Made by a program: the position numbers and the translations under genes
NCBI GenBank assembly: GCA_965215475.1
Contig: OZ244061.1
Location: 764,563 to 828,562 of the forward strand
Source: Rhodothermales bacterium
GTDB taxonomy: Bacteria > Bacteroidota > Rhodothermia > Rhodothermales > Bin80
Direction: 5' to 3'
Length of the DNA: 64,000 nucleotides
Shown: in pieces, positions 42,809 through 51,871 of the stretch
Layout of the letters: the number at the start of each line of letters is the position of its first letter
Numbering within the stretch: the stretch's first letter is position 1
The notes under the pieces: model-generated
Seen by the model: only the letters and a program-made list of their open reading frames with translations
Databases searched by the model: none
What the model was told of the DNA's origin: nothing

Positions 42809-44599
42809 ATGACATTTATTGACTGGACGATTGTCGTTCTGTATTTTCTGATCGTTATCGGGATTGCCCTGTATTACTCGAAACGTGCCGGACAGAACAC
42901 TTCTGAGTTTTTTCTAAGTGGGCGAAGGATGACCTGGTGGTTGGCGGGAATTAGTATGGTCGCTACCACGTTTGCTGCGGATACACCCATGGCCGTTACC
43001 GAACTTGTAGCCCAAGATGGAATTGCTGGGAATTGGATTTGGTGGAATTTTGCGTTTGGTGGAATGCTGACCGTGTTCTTTTTTGCGCGCCTATGGAGAA
43101 GGTGTGGAATTCAGACGGATGTTGAATTTGTAGAAGTTCGCTATACCGGAAGGGCGGCAGCATGGCTTCGCGGAATCAAGGCGGTCTACTTCGGCCTGCT
43201 ACTGAATATCATTATTATTGGGTGGGTCTCCCTCGCAATGGAGACCGCCATCAACGTCCTGTGGCCGGAACTGACACTCTTTGGACATGCATCGGTCTCA
43301 ATTGGCGGACTTACGATGAGTGCAGCACTAGTCGTGGTCAGTCTATTGGTCGTCTTGGTTTCTATTTTTGCTCTCCTCTCCGGCTTATGGGGAGTGGCTG
43401 TCACGGATGTAATGCAATTTATCTTGGCCATGATTGGCTCTATTTTGATGGCCGTATTTGTGCTCCGCCTTCCCGAAGTAGGAGGAATTGCTGGTCTAAA
43501 ATCTCAACTGCCTGCAGAAACCTTCCGATTCTTCCCCACGATCGGGGAAGCATCGGGTGCAGCCGCGGCATTCGCTCTGTCGATCCCTGCATTTGTTGCC
43601 TTCATTGGAATTCAGTGGTGGAGTAGCTGGTATCCAGGTTCTGAGCCTGGAGGTGGTGGATACAGTGCACAACGTATGATGGGTACTTCTAGCGAGCGTG
43701 ATGCGACGTTTTCTGCCTTGTTCTTCACCATTGCTCACTACTGTATTCGGCCATGGCCTTGGATCATTGTTGCCTTGGCCTCCCTGGTCCTCTACCCTAA
43801 TCTTGCTCAGTCACGAGAAGGATTTATCCTGGTCATGCGAGATGTGCTACCGGTTGGAGTCCTGGGGGTGGTCTTTGCAGCATTCCTGGCTGCATTTATG
43901 AGTACCATTTCCACCCAGCTAAATTGGGGAGTTTCCTACCTGGTGAATGATTTTTGGCGCAGATTTGCCAGGCCTGATCGCAGTGAAAAGCATTACGTAT
44001 TGATTTCTCGCATTTTCACGTTCGTCGTAGGGTTACTCAGTATTCTCCTTGCAACCCAACTCGAATCAATCAGTCAGGCATGGACCTTGATCATTACAGC
44101 CTCTGCTGGGGTCGGGACGGTTTTGATCCTTCGCTGGTACTGGTGGCGGATCAATGCATGGAGTGAACTTGTTGCCACTCTGGCTCCGATTCTGATGGTT
44201 CTCCTGACATTATTTGGCGTACCCATTCCCGGCATACAGGAACCCTTTCCATCTAACTTATTCGTTGTAGTGGGAGTAACGACGGTGCTCTGGCTCATCG
44301 TTACTTTCTTGACAAAACCGACAGATCTATCTACGCTCAGGGAATTTTATTCTCTGGTCCGGCCTGCGGGCCCTGGGTGGCGTCCGATTGCGGCCCAATT
44401 TCCAGATATCCAACCTGATTCAACGATTGGTTCTATGGCACGTCAATGGGGTATTGGAGTTGTACTGGTTTATTCTTCTCTCTTTTCGGTTGGTTATTTC
44501 ATTCTAGGCAATATGATCCCTGGAATTCTGACATTACTTCTGGCTATTAGTGCGGCCTTCTATTTAAGATGGACGTTTGATCAAAATAAAGCTCTTTGA
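42809..44599 (+). CDS. Sodium:solute symporter family protein
   Basis: FFLSGR, SMVATTFAADTP, AAFMST, many TM helices. Confidence 0.92.
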   Translation: MTFIDWTIVVLYFLIVIGIALYYSKRAGQNTSEFFLSGRRMTWWLAGISMVATTFAADTPMAVTELVAQDGIAGNWIWWNFAFGGMLTVFFFARLWRRCGIQTDVEFVEVRYTGRAAAWLRGIKAVYFGLLLNIIIIGWVSLAMETAINVLWPELTLFGHASVSIGGLTMSAALVVVSLLVVLVSIFALLSGLWGVAVTDVMQFILAMIGSILMAVFVLRLPEVGGIAGLKSQLPAETFRFFPTIGEASGAAAAFALSIPAFVAFIGIQWWSSWYPGSEPGGGGYSAQRMMGTSSERDATFSALFFTIAHYCIRPWPWIIVALASLVLYPNLAQSREGFILVMRDVLPVGVLGVVFAAFLAAFMSTISTQLNWGVSYLVNDFWRRFARPDRSEKHYVLISRIFTFVVGLLSILLATQLESISQAWTLIITASAGVGTVLILRWYWWRINAWSELVATLAPILMVLLTLFGVPIPGIQEPFPSNLFVVVGVTTVLWLIVTFLTKPTDLSTLREFYSLVRPAGPGWRPIAAQFPDIQPDSTIGSMARQWGIGVVLVYSSLFSVGYFILGNMIPGILTLLLAISAAFYLRWTFDQNKAL

Positions 44600-44602
44600 A
44601 TT

Positions 44603-44992
44603 ATGTCGGAGTTGATTATTGTCGGTGATCGTGTCCTCATTAGACCCGATGGTGGAGAGCAGCAAACTGAATCTGGTTTGGTCTTGCCTGCATCCGTCGC
44701 GGAACGTGACCGAATTGGCTCTGGTCGCATTGAGCAAGTAGGCCCTGGTCATCTGATCCCAAACCCTGATTATTCCGATAATGAACCTTGGGCAGAGCCA
44801 AAAAAGATCGGGCGGTATCTACCCTTAGAAGCGAATGTGGGCGACCTAGCATTCTACCAGCGAAATGAAGCGATTGAATTTACCTACAAGCAAGCCAAAT
44901 TCTTTATCGTTCCTCATCATGCGATCCTTGCTCTGGTTCGGCCAGATCATGAAGATGTAATCACTGAACTGCTGGGTTCAAATCGGCGGTAA
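44603..44992 (+). CDS. GroES-like co-chaperonin (no adjacent groEL)
   Basis: GDRVLIRP..TESGLVLP..VGPG. Confidence 0.85.
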   Translation: MSELIIVGDRVLIRPDGGEQQTESGLVLPASVAERDRIGSGRIEQVGPGHLIPNPDYSDNEPWAEPKKIGRYLPLEANVGDLAFYQRNEAIEFTYKQAKFFIVPHHAILALVRPDHEDVITELLGSNRR

Positions 44993-45015
44993 CCACAGGA
45001 TTCCTGTAGAACTTC

Positions 45016-45225
45016 ATTGCGGTAGGAACTCGAGTTCATCCTTTCGAGTTTTCCCGAGCCCCGCTCGCAGATCTGGACGTGCGCGGTAACGCATTCGGCT
45101 CCTACCTTAGATCACTCCACCTAGCTTGACGACATGCCTCGTAGCTGGGGGGCGTATGCTCAGCTTCGGCCAATAGCAGATTACCAATGTGTTCAGTTGC
45201 TCCCATGTTGTACGACCCCGTTTTT
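45016..45225 (-). mobile_element. Group II intron 3' remnant (end of maturase, domain V, domain VI)
   Basis: Minus strand GAGCCGAATGCGTTACCGCGCACGTCCAGATCTGCGAGCGGGG (DV), then ...TTCCTACCGCAAT (DVI end). Preceded by RTTWEQL..YWPKLSI, resembling an RT/maturase C-terminus. Confidence 0.8.
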
Positions 45226-45254
45226 ATTCACCAAAAATTCGGCTTCTCTATCTA

Positions 45255-45583
45255 GTGCCTGCCCAAAAAGTAGATTTGTTGAATCTTGAAAAAATAAATC
45301 CGTTTACCGACATCCAATCATAGATTTTTCATGTTGATCTTACCGATACTTGATCATTTTGGGGTGCGAATATTTTTCCGTAATCAATCAGGTTCATCTC
45401 CAATTTTGCAAAAATCGCATTTCATCCAGTATACCGTACGATTCTGCCAAATCAGTCAGGGGATCTCAAAAAATGTTCACGCCTATTTTTTCACAAAAAT
45501 TCGTCCCATGACTACAGAAAATGTCCACATAGAGAGTATTCAGAGCACTATATGTCAAAAACAAGGGGGTTTTTGGCAGGCAC
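45255..45583. mobile_element. Internally deleted IS/MITE with GTGCCTGCC(C)AAAAA inverted ends
   Basis: GTGCCTGCCCAAAAA at 45255 and TTTTTGGCAGGCAC ending at 45583; flanks TATCTA/TATATA. Confidence 0.6.
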
Positions 45584-45721
45584 TATATACAGACATTCGT
45601 TAAAGCGCCTCTGTTTCCATCCTTTTCAAGCCGGTTTTCTTCCACTTACTGGCACTAGAACATAGCCGTCTCGCCCACGCCTCAAAAAGTTCTGTCGCTG
45701 AACATTTGGTTTGTAGCCTGT

Positions 45722-46325
45722 GGCAAGATCTGGTACAAGGAACCCATCAAAGTCAGTGATCATGACTTCCTCTCCTATGCCTTATTCAAGGCTCGTCCCT
45801 ATAGAATCTTTGATCTGTCGAAGAATCGTGGAGCGGTATGTGTTGGAGACGCCAGCGATACCCCTTAATTTGAGGTAGATTGTATGGTGCACTGGTTCAA
45901 AACGAAGGGGCGGCCGTATCACCCTTATGCCAAACGGCTCATGATTCTGAACAATTGTGGAAGATCCAACAGTAATCGCGCACGAGCGTGGAGGTACTAC
46001 CTGCAAATCAAACTATGTGATCCCTATCAAATACAGGTCATAGTCGCCCATTGTCCCAATGGTGCCAACAAATGGAATCCCATTGAACATCGTCTCTTTG
46101 ACCCTATCAGTATCAACTTGTTGAGGCGTCCACTGGACAGTGAAGAGACGTCCATGAATCATATTTCGACAACAAGCAATCGATCGGGATTGCATGTCGA
46201 AGGTTCGGATGACGAAACAATATCAAATGGGCGTCAAAATTATCTACGAACAGATGGCCTGGATCAACATAAGTCACAACCAAGTAAACCCCTAATGGAA
46301 TTATGACATCCTCCCAACGCCATGA
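45722..46325 (+). pseudogene. ISAzo13-family transposase fragment
   Basis: PIKVSDHDF, PY.IFDL, KWNPIEHRLF, RPLDS, WNYDILP with internal stops and frameshifts. Confidence 0.85.
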
Positions 46326-46391
46326 AAAATCCCCGATCCAGCAGAATTTCTAACCGAGGGGACTGAACACAAAATAATGGATCAAATCCCA

Positions 46392-46487
46392 ATGCTCTTG
46401 CAAAACCTCGCTCACTTGAGTGCAAACATTGCTCTGAGAGTACCTGAGGGGATCTTTTCTCTGGATCAAGGGTTTTGCAAGAGCCTC
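46392..46487. mobile_element. ~96-bp MITE-like element, copy 1 (variant A)
   Basis: Perfect 14-bp IR GCTCTTGCAAAACC / GGTTTTGCAAGAGC. Confidence 0.75.
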
Positions 46488-46565
46488 ATCCCGTAAAAAC
46501 AGGGGGCTCTCAGGGATTTGAATAAAGTGAAATGGGAAAGTTGTTTTTGGATGCCTCCCTACGGT

Positions 46566-46943
46566 TTAGACACCGCCGTTATTCAATAACCAGCCCATAA
46601 TGGCGATTAACAGGGCAACTATCACCGTCAAACCACCTGTCACCAAACCAATCAATAGATTATATTTTGAGTTCTGGGAATCAATCTTGGAGTTCTGAGC
46701 GTCAAACTTGGAATTCTGAGCGTCAAACTTGGATTCCAGACGGGCGTAACTGGTGTCAATTCGATCTAATACATTTGCAGATGCCATCGTGAGAATGAAA
46801 TGAATGATTTTGAGGATATCAGGTCCTTTGAGTCCTGTCTTTTCGAGAATGGAGTATATTTCACTCCATTCGCCGTTTTGTTGATTCTTTCCAATATGCT
46901 CCATAGGTTTGGTTTGACAGCTTTTAGGACTCAAATGTTCCAT
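46566..46943 (-). CDS. Small coiled-coil protein with C-terminal TM anchor, copy 1 (3 heptads)
   Basis: FDAQNSK FDAQNSK IDSQNSK followed by a hydrophobic helix. Confidence 0.8.
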   Translation of the reverse strand: MEHLSPKSCQTKPMEHIGKNQQNGEWSEIYSILEKTGLKGPDILKIIHFILTMASANVLDRIDTSYARLESKFDAQNSKFDAQNSKIDSQNSKYNLLIGLVTGGLTVIVALLIAIMGWLLNNGGV

Positions 46944-47214
46944 CTAATTTAACTGTTGACAAAGATCCATCTTCGCCTCGATCATAGTCATATTCGTGGC
47001 TCAACTCTCCCCTGCATTTACGATTTATCCAATCTTATAGGTACTCCAGTGGCTCTCACTAACGGGTTATATTTCATCAAACGAATCTTTCGAGGGATGT
47101 TTTCGGTGAGATGTCTACATTTTCGCCTTTTCTGTGCAGATTTCCGTAAGGAACGTGTAAAAATCTAGATTCTATTACGATTGTTGTAGAATGACTAATT
47201 TTGCAGTGAATAAA

Positions 47215-47310
47215 GATGCTCTTGCAAAACCTCGCTCACTTGAGTGCAAACATTGCTCTGAGAGTATCTGAGATGTTTTCTATCTGGATCAAGGGTTTTG
47301 CAAGAGCCTC
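47215..47310. mobile_element. MITE-like element, copy 2 (variant B)
   Basis: Same IRs; core AGTATCTGAGATGTTTTC. Confidence 0.75.
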
Positions 47311-47386
47311 ATCCCGTAAAAACAGGGGGCTCAGGGATTTGAATAAAGTGAAATGGGAACGTTGTTTTTGGATGCCTCCCTACGGT

Positions 47387-47785
47387 TTAGACACCGCCGT
47401 TATTCAATAACCAGCCCATAATGGCAATTAACAAGGCAACTATCACCGTCAAACCACCTGTCACCAAACCAATCAATAGATTATATTTTGAGTTCTGGGA
47501 ATCAATCTTGGAATTCTGAGCGTCAATCTTGGAATTCTGAGCGTCAATCTTGGAATTCTGAGCGTCAAACTTGGATTCCAGACGGGCGTAACTGGTGTCA
47601 ATTCGATCTAATACATTTGCAGATGCCATCGTGAGAATGAAATGAATGATTTTGAGGATATCAGGTCCTTTGAGTCCTGTCTTTTCGAGAATGGAGTATA
47701 TTTCACTCCATTCGCCGTTTTGTTGATTCTTTCCAATATGCTCCATAGGTTTGGTTTGACAGCTTTTAGGATTCAAATGTTCCAT
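47387..47785 (-). CDS. Small coiled-coil TM-anchored protein, copy 2 (4 heptads)
   Basis: FDAQNSK IDAQNSK IDAQNSK IDSQNSK. Confidence 0.8.
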   Translation of the reverse strand: MEHLNPKSCQTKPMEHIGKNQQNGEWSEIYSILEKTGLKGPDILKIIHFILTMASANVLDRIDTSYARLESKFDAQNSKIDAQNSKIDAQNSKIDSQNSKYNLLIGLVTGGLTVIVALLIAIMGWLLNNGGV

Positions 47786-48056
47786 CTAATTTAACTGTTG
47801 ACAAAGATCCATCTTCGCCTCGATCATAGTCATATTCGTGGCTCAACTCTCCCCTGCACTTACGATTTATCCAATCTTATAGGTACTCCAGTGGCTCTCA
47901 CTAACGGGTTATATTTCATCAAACGAATCTTTCGAGGGATATTTTCGGTGAGATGTCTACATTTTCGCCTTTTCTGTGCGGATTTCCGTAAGGAACGTGT
48001 AAAAATCTAGATTCTATTACGATTGTTGTAGAATGACTAATTTTGCAGTGAATAAA

Positions 48057-48155
48057 GATGCTCTTGCAAAACCTCGCTCACTTGAGTGCAAACATTGCTC
48101 TGAGAGTACCTGAGGGGATCTTTTCTATCTGGATCAAGGGTTTTGCAAGAGCCTC
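48057..48155. mobile_element. MITE-like element, copy 3 (variant A-like)
   Basis: Same IRs; core AGTACCTGAGGGGATC. Confidence 0.75.
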
Positions 48156-48233
48156 ATCCCGTAAAAACAGGGGGCTCTCAGGGATTTGAATAAAGTGAAA
48201 TGGGAACGTTGTTTTTGGATGCCTCCCTACGGT

Positions 48234-48590
48234 TTAGACACCGCCGTTATTCAATAACCAGCCCATAATGGCGATTAACAAGGCAACTATCACCGTCAAA
48301 CCACCTGTCACCAAACCAATCAATAGATTATATTTTGAGTTCTGGGAATCAATCTTGGAATTCTGAGCGTCAAACTTGGATTCCAGACGGGCGTAACTGG
48401 TGTCAATTCGATCTAATACATTTGCAGATGCCATCGTGAGAATGAAATGAATGATTTTGAGGATATCAGGTCCTTTGAGTCCTGTCTTTTCGAGAATGGA
48501 GTATATTTCACTCCATTCGCCGTTTTGTTGATTCTTTCCAATATGCTCCATAGGTTTGGTTTGACAGCTTTTAGGACTCAAATGTTCCAT
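48234..48590 (-). CDS. Small coiled-coil TM-anchored protein, copy 3 (2 heptads)
   Basis: FDAQNSK IDSQNSK. Confidence 0.8.
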   Translation of the reverse strand: MEHLSPKSCQTKPMEHIGKNQQNGEWSEIYSILEKTGLKGPDILKIIHFILTMASANVLDRIDTSYARLESKFDAQNSKIDSQNSKYNLLIGLVTGGLTVIVALLIAIMGWLLNNGGV

Positions 48591-48861
48591 CTAATTTAAC
48601 TGTTGACAAAGATCCATCTTCGCCTCGATCATAGTCATATTCGTGGCTCAACTCTCCCCTGCATTTACGATTTATCCAATCTTATAGGTACTCCAGTGGC
48701 TCTCACTAACGGGTTATATTTCATCAAACGAATCTTTCGAGGGATGTTTTCGGTGAGATGTCTACATTTTCGCCTTTTCTGTGCAGATTTCCGTAAGGAA
48801 CGTGTAAAAATCTAGATTCTATTACGATTGTTGTAGAATGACTAATTTTGCAGTGAATAAA

Positions 48862-48957
48862 GATGCTCTTGCAAAACCTCGCTCACTTGAGTGCAAACAT
48901 TGCTCTGAGAGTATCTGAGATGTTTTCTATCTGGATCAAGGGTTTTGCAAGAGCCTC
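48862..48957. mobile_element. MITE-like element, copy 4 (variant B)
   Basis: Same IRs; similarity to the other units stops exactly at its right end. Confidence 0.75.
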
Positions 48958-49285
48958 TAAATAAATTAGATCATTTTGAATGCATAGCACCGTAATTGAT
49001 TCACTGATGAATAGCTCCTTGCACCTTGATCCGAATTGGCAGATGGATCGGGTAACCGTAGATTTAGCACAGCAACGCGCGGACGCTAACCACTCCCATC
49101 AGGGAAAGCACCTGATGTACCCCTAACCCTGAACGTTGTATGATCATCGTAAGGAGCGAAGTTGTCTGCATTTGAATCAGATAGATTCTAGGAGGCGAGA
49201 GGCAGTCCAGAACAAGTTGGAGTAAAATCTTGATGGTACAGATTGCTTGAACCAGCAGTGGAATAAATGTGATCTATCCCAAATG

Positions 49286-49359
49286 TGGCGTGGGAGAGAC
49301 TCGAACTCTCGACCTTGCGATTATGAGTCGCACGCTCTAACCGACTGAGCTACCACGCC
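49286..49359 (-). tRNA. tRNA-Met (CAT), probably elongator
   Basis: GGCGTGG/CCACGCC acceptor stem, TAGCTCAGTCGGTTAGAGC D-arm, CT-CAT-AA loop, GTTCGAGT T-loop; Ile2 identity not excluded. Confidence 0.93.
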
Positions 49360-49447
49360 AACAATCTCTTTGAACGGAGATTGTCCGAACCGGGTTGCAA
49401 CCACACGTAGAAGCACTGGTACCATACATGCAAGCCTTCTGATAAGT

Positions 49448-50617
49448 ATGGACTGGAATAGCATTATTGGGCAGGAGAAAGTCGTTGATCTCTTGAAACG
49501 TTCGGTAGATTCTGGGCGGATAGCTCATGCATATCTGTTTCATGGCATGGAAGGAACGGGTAAGCGTGCCGTAGCCTTGGCCTTTGCATGGCAATTGCAA
49601 TGCAAAGGTTTCAACGAAAATGAAGGTAGCAAATCTCGTTCGCATGCAACCCAATTGGACCACCCCGATATTCATATTCTGATTCCAGAGCCTAGCGATG
49701 CCAATCCTCGGGATATAGCTGAACGGGTTACAATTCTGGCAAAAGATCCATACGCAGCGGTCGATTTTGTTCGTGCCCCCGCATTGGGATCTCGGAAAAA
49801 TGCCCCGACAAAACTCAAGCAAGCATTTTATTCCGTTGATCGCATTAATCAACATTTACGACAAAAAATGATGATGCGCCCCCTCAGAGGAGGCTATCGC
49901 ATCGCGATCATCACTGATGCAGATAGGATCCGCGAGCAAGCAGCGAATTCATTTCTGAAACTTCTTGAAGAACCAGGACCGGATACACTATTCATCTTAA
50001 CCACCTCCCGAAAGGATCTCCTCTTGCAGACGATCCTTTCTCGCTGTCAACACATCGTATTTGAGAACCTCTCTCAGGATCTGATTGCACAAACCCTACA
50101 CGAACGTAAGGGAATTGAGATGGAGCTTGCGGAAATTATCGCGAATATGTCTCAAGGTTCATATACGCGTGCTGTTGAGCTCACTCAAAGTGAAGAGCTC
50201 CGAGGAGATCGAGAACGTGTTTTAAGATTTCTTCGACTGGCTTTTACCGAAAGATTTACTCAGCAAACGAAGCTTATTACAGAGATCGGTCAGTCGGGTA
50301 GAGATCGGATCAAAAATTTGCTCCAACTCTTATTGAGCTGGATCCGTGATGTCGAATTGTACCGAGCGCTCGGAGAAGATGCACCGATCACGAATCGTGA
50401 TCAGAAACAGCAAATTTCAAAATTTAGCCAAAACCTACATCGAGCAGATCTGAACGCAATGTGTAACCTCATTGAAGAAGCTCTACATTTGAGCGAATCA
50501 AATGTGAACACGACGTTATTGCTGATGAACTTATCCCTGAATCTGAGTCATGCCATGCGAAGTTCTCATAGTGGAAAACTATTTCAACCGCTTACTAACT
50601 TCAAAACATTACCCTAG
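49448..50617 (+). CDS. holB: DNA polymerase III subunit delta'
   Basis: HAYLFHG..GTGK, HPD, AANSFLKLLEEP, TILSRCQ; likely start at 49448. Confidence 0.93.
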   Translation: MDWNSIIGQEKVVDLLKRSVDSGRIAHAYLFHGMEGTGKRAVALAFAWQLQCKGFNENEGSKSRSHATQLDHPDIHILIPEPSDANPRDIAERVTILAKDPYAAVDFVRAPALGSRKNAPTKLKQAFYSVDRINQHLRQKMMMRPLRGGYRIAIITDADRIREQAANSFLKLLEEPGPDTLFILTTSRKDLLLQTILSRCQHIVFENLSQDLIAQTLHERKGIEMELAEIIANMSQGSYTRAVELTQSEELRGDRERVLRFLRLAFTERFTQQTKLITEIGQSGRDRIKNLLQLLLSWIRDVELYRALGEDAPITNRDQKQQISKFSQNLHRADLNAMCNLIEEALHLSESNVNTTLLLMNLSLNLSHAMRSSHSGKLFQPLTNFKTLP

Positions 50618-50755
50618 GATCCCCCTTTTCCATGTCTCCTCTTTCATATCCCAGATTTTGATTCTTCATAAACTCACTCTGCGAACGTTGTTCTGTATTT
50701 GGCGTAAATTCTCCAGGGATATTCATGATCTTTCTTCTTAGATAACCAGCTTATC

Positions 50756-51760
50756 ATGGCTTGTGGTGAAAACGGTTCCTGCGGTTGTAGTGGAAGTACA
50801 TTAACCGGATATGGGGGTTGCAACGATAGCTGTCCATCCGTCCAGATTTTTGACTGGCTTCCTTCATCTTCTAAGGAATCGGGTCGAGACCAATGTGATT
50901 TAGTCGAAGTCGCGTTTAAGGGGCGACGTAGGAAGGTGTATCATAACCTGCGAAAAATCCCCATTCGTGCTGGTGATGAAATCATCGTTTCTGCACAGAG
51001 AGGGCTAGACTATGGTCAGGTGGTACTCACAGGCGAATTAGTCCATATCCGTTCAAAAGATAATCCCAATTATGGGCAAGTCCTCCGACTGGCTTCATCA
51101 AATGATCGGAGTATCTATAACGAAAACAAAAAAGCGGAAAAAGATGCTCTGAATGACGCAAAAACAACGATCAAGAGACGGCAACTCCCCGTCAAACTTG
51201 TTGATGTAGAATGGCAATTTGATCGAAAACGGCTATCCATCTTCTATACATCTCAAAACCGTATTACGATGCGCCCAGTCATTACCGAACTCTGTCGGCG
51301 CTTTAAGACACGGGTCGAATTTCTTCGCTTGAATCCTCGCCAGGAATCTGCTCGGGTCGGAGGACTTGGTGTATGTGGACGAGAGCTCTGCTGCTCATCA
51401 TGGATGCGCCAGATTCCACCTGTATCCACTTCGGCTGCCAAAAAGATGCACTTTCCCCTTTCTGATGAACGTTTGACCGGAAGATGTGGACAACTCAAGT
51501 GCTGCTTGAATTACGAGCTCGAGCAGTATATGAAAATACTTAAGGAGTTCCCGAAAAAAAATGCTAGAGTGAACACCTCCAGTGGCCCTGGGAAAGTCCT
51601 GAGTATGAATATTTTCTCCCGCACCGTGCGCGTGAATCTCAAGAACAATCTGACAGAGGAGTTTGAACTCAAAGAAATTACCTGCTCCACAAAGAAACGC
51701 ACTCCGCCACGCACAAGTAAACCTTCACGGAAAACAAAGTCGAAAGAAGCGTCGCTATAA
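50756..51760 (+). CDS. ricT: PSP1 domain regulatory Fe-S protein (RicT/YaaT family)
   Basis: GGLGVCGRELCC, GRCGQLKCCLNYE; follows holB. Confidence 0.9.
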   Translation: MACGENGSCGCSGSTLTGYGGCNDSCPSVQIFDWLPSSSKESGRDQCDLVEVAFKGRRRKVYHNLRKIPIRAGDEIIVSAQRGLDYGQVVLTGELVHIRSKDNPNYGQVLRLASSNDRSIYNENKKAEKDALNDAKTTIKRRQLPVKLVDVEWQFDRKRLSIFYTSQNRITMRPVITELCRRFKTRVEFLRLNPRQESARVGGLGVCGRELCCSSWMRQIPPVSTSAAKKMHFPLSDERLTGRCGQLKCCLNYELEQYMKILKEFPKKNARVNTSSGPGKVLSMNIFSRTVRVNLKNNLTEEFELKEITCSTKKRTPPRTSKPSRKTKSKEASL

Positions 51761-51871
51761 CTGTGAGCTTCTTTCCATACAAATTTGTCTTATGGTCGTG
51801 CACATGATCGGATCATTTTAACAAAAATATAGTACTTAATTGGGCGTAAAAACTCAATAATTGAAGGTGTT

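Larger units (their letters stand above)
46392..48957. repeat. Tandem array: three units (824, 842, 805 bp) bounded by four MITE-like copies
   Basis: Near-identical units starting at 46392, 47216 and 48058, with a final MITE at 48862. Confidence 0.95.

Noticed and set aside
42363-42815. Short ORFs between parC and the symporter
   Set aside because: No motifs; probably a divergent promoter region or unidentifiable debris.
46956-48815. Three 70-aa + strand ORFs (MTKIHLRL...) in the tandem units
   Set aside because: TTG start, no recognisable features, and they occupy the upstream region of the minus-strand gene; conservation is explained by the recent duplication.
46392-48957. Integron cassette array or CRISPR
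   Set aside because: The sequences between repeats are copies of one gene. The repeats have IS-like terminal IRs rather than attC core sites, and no integrase or cas gene is present.
8770-49447. Longer upstream starts in the ORF track (8770, 10677, 16768, 35727, 49370)
   Set aside because: They overlap neighbouring genes or crowd the tRNA; family motifs begin at downstream ATGs.
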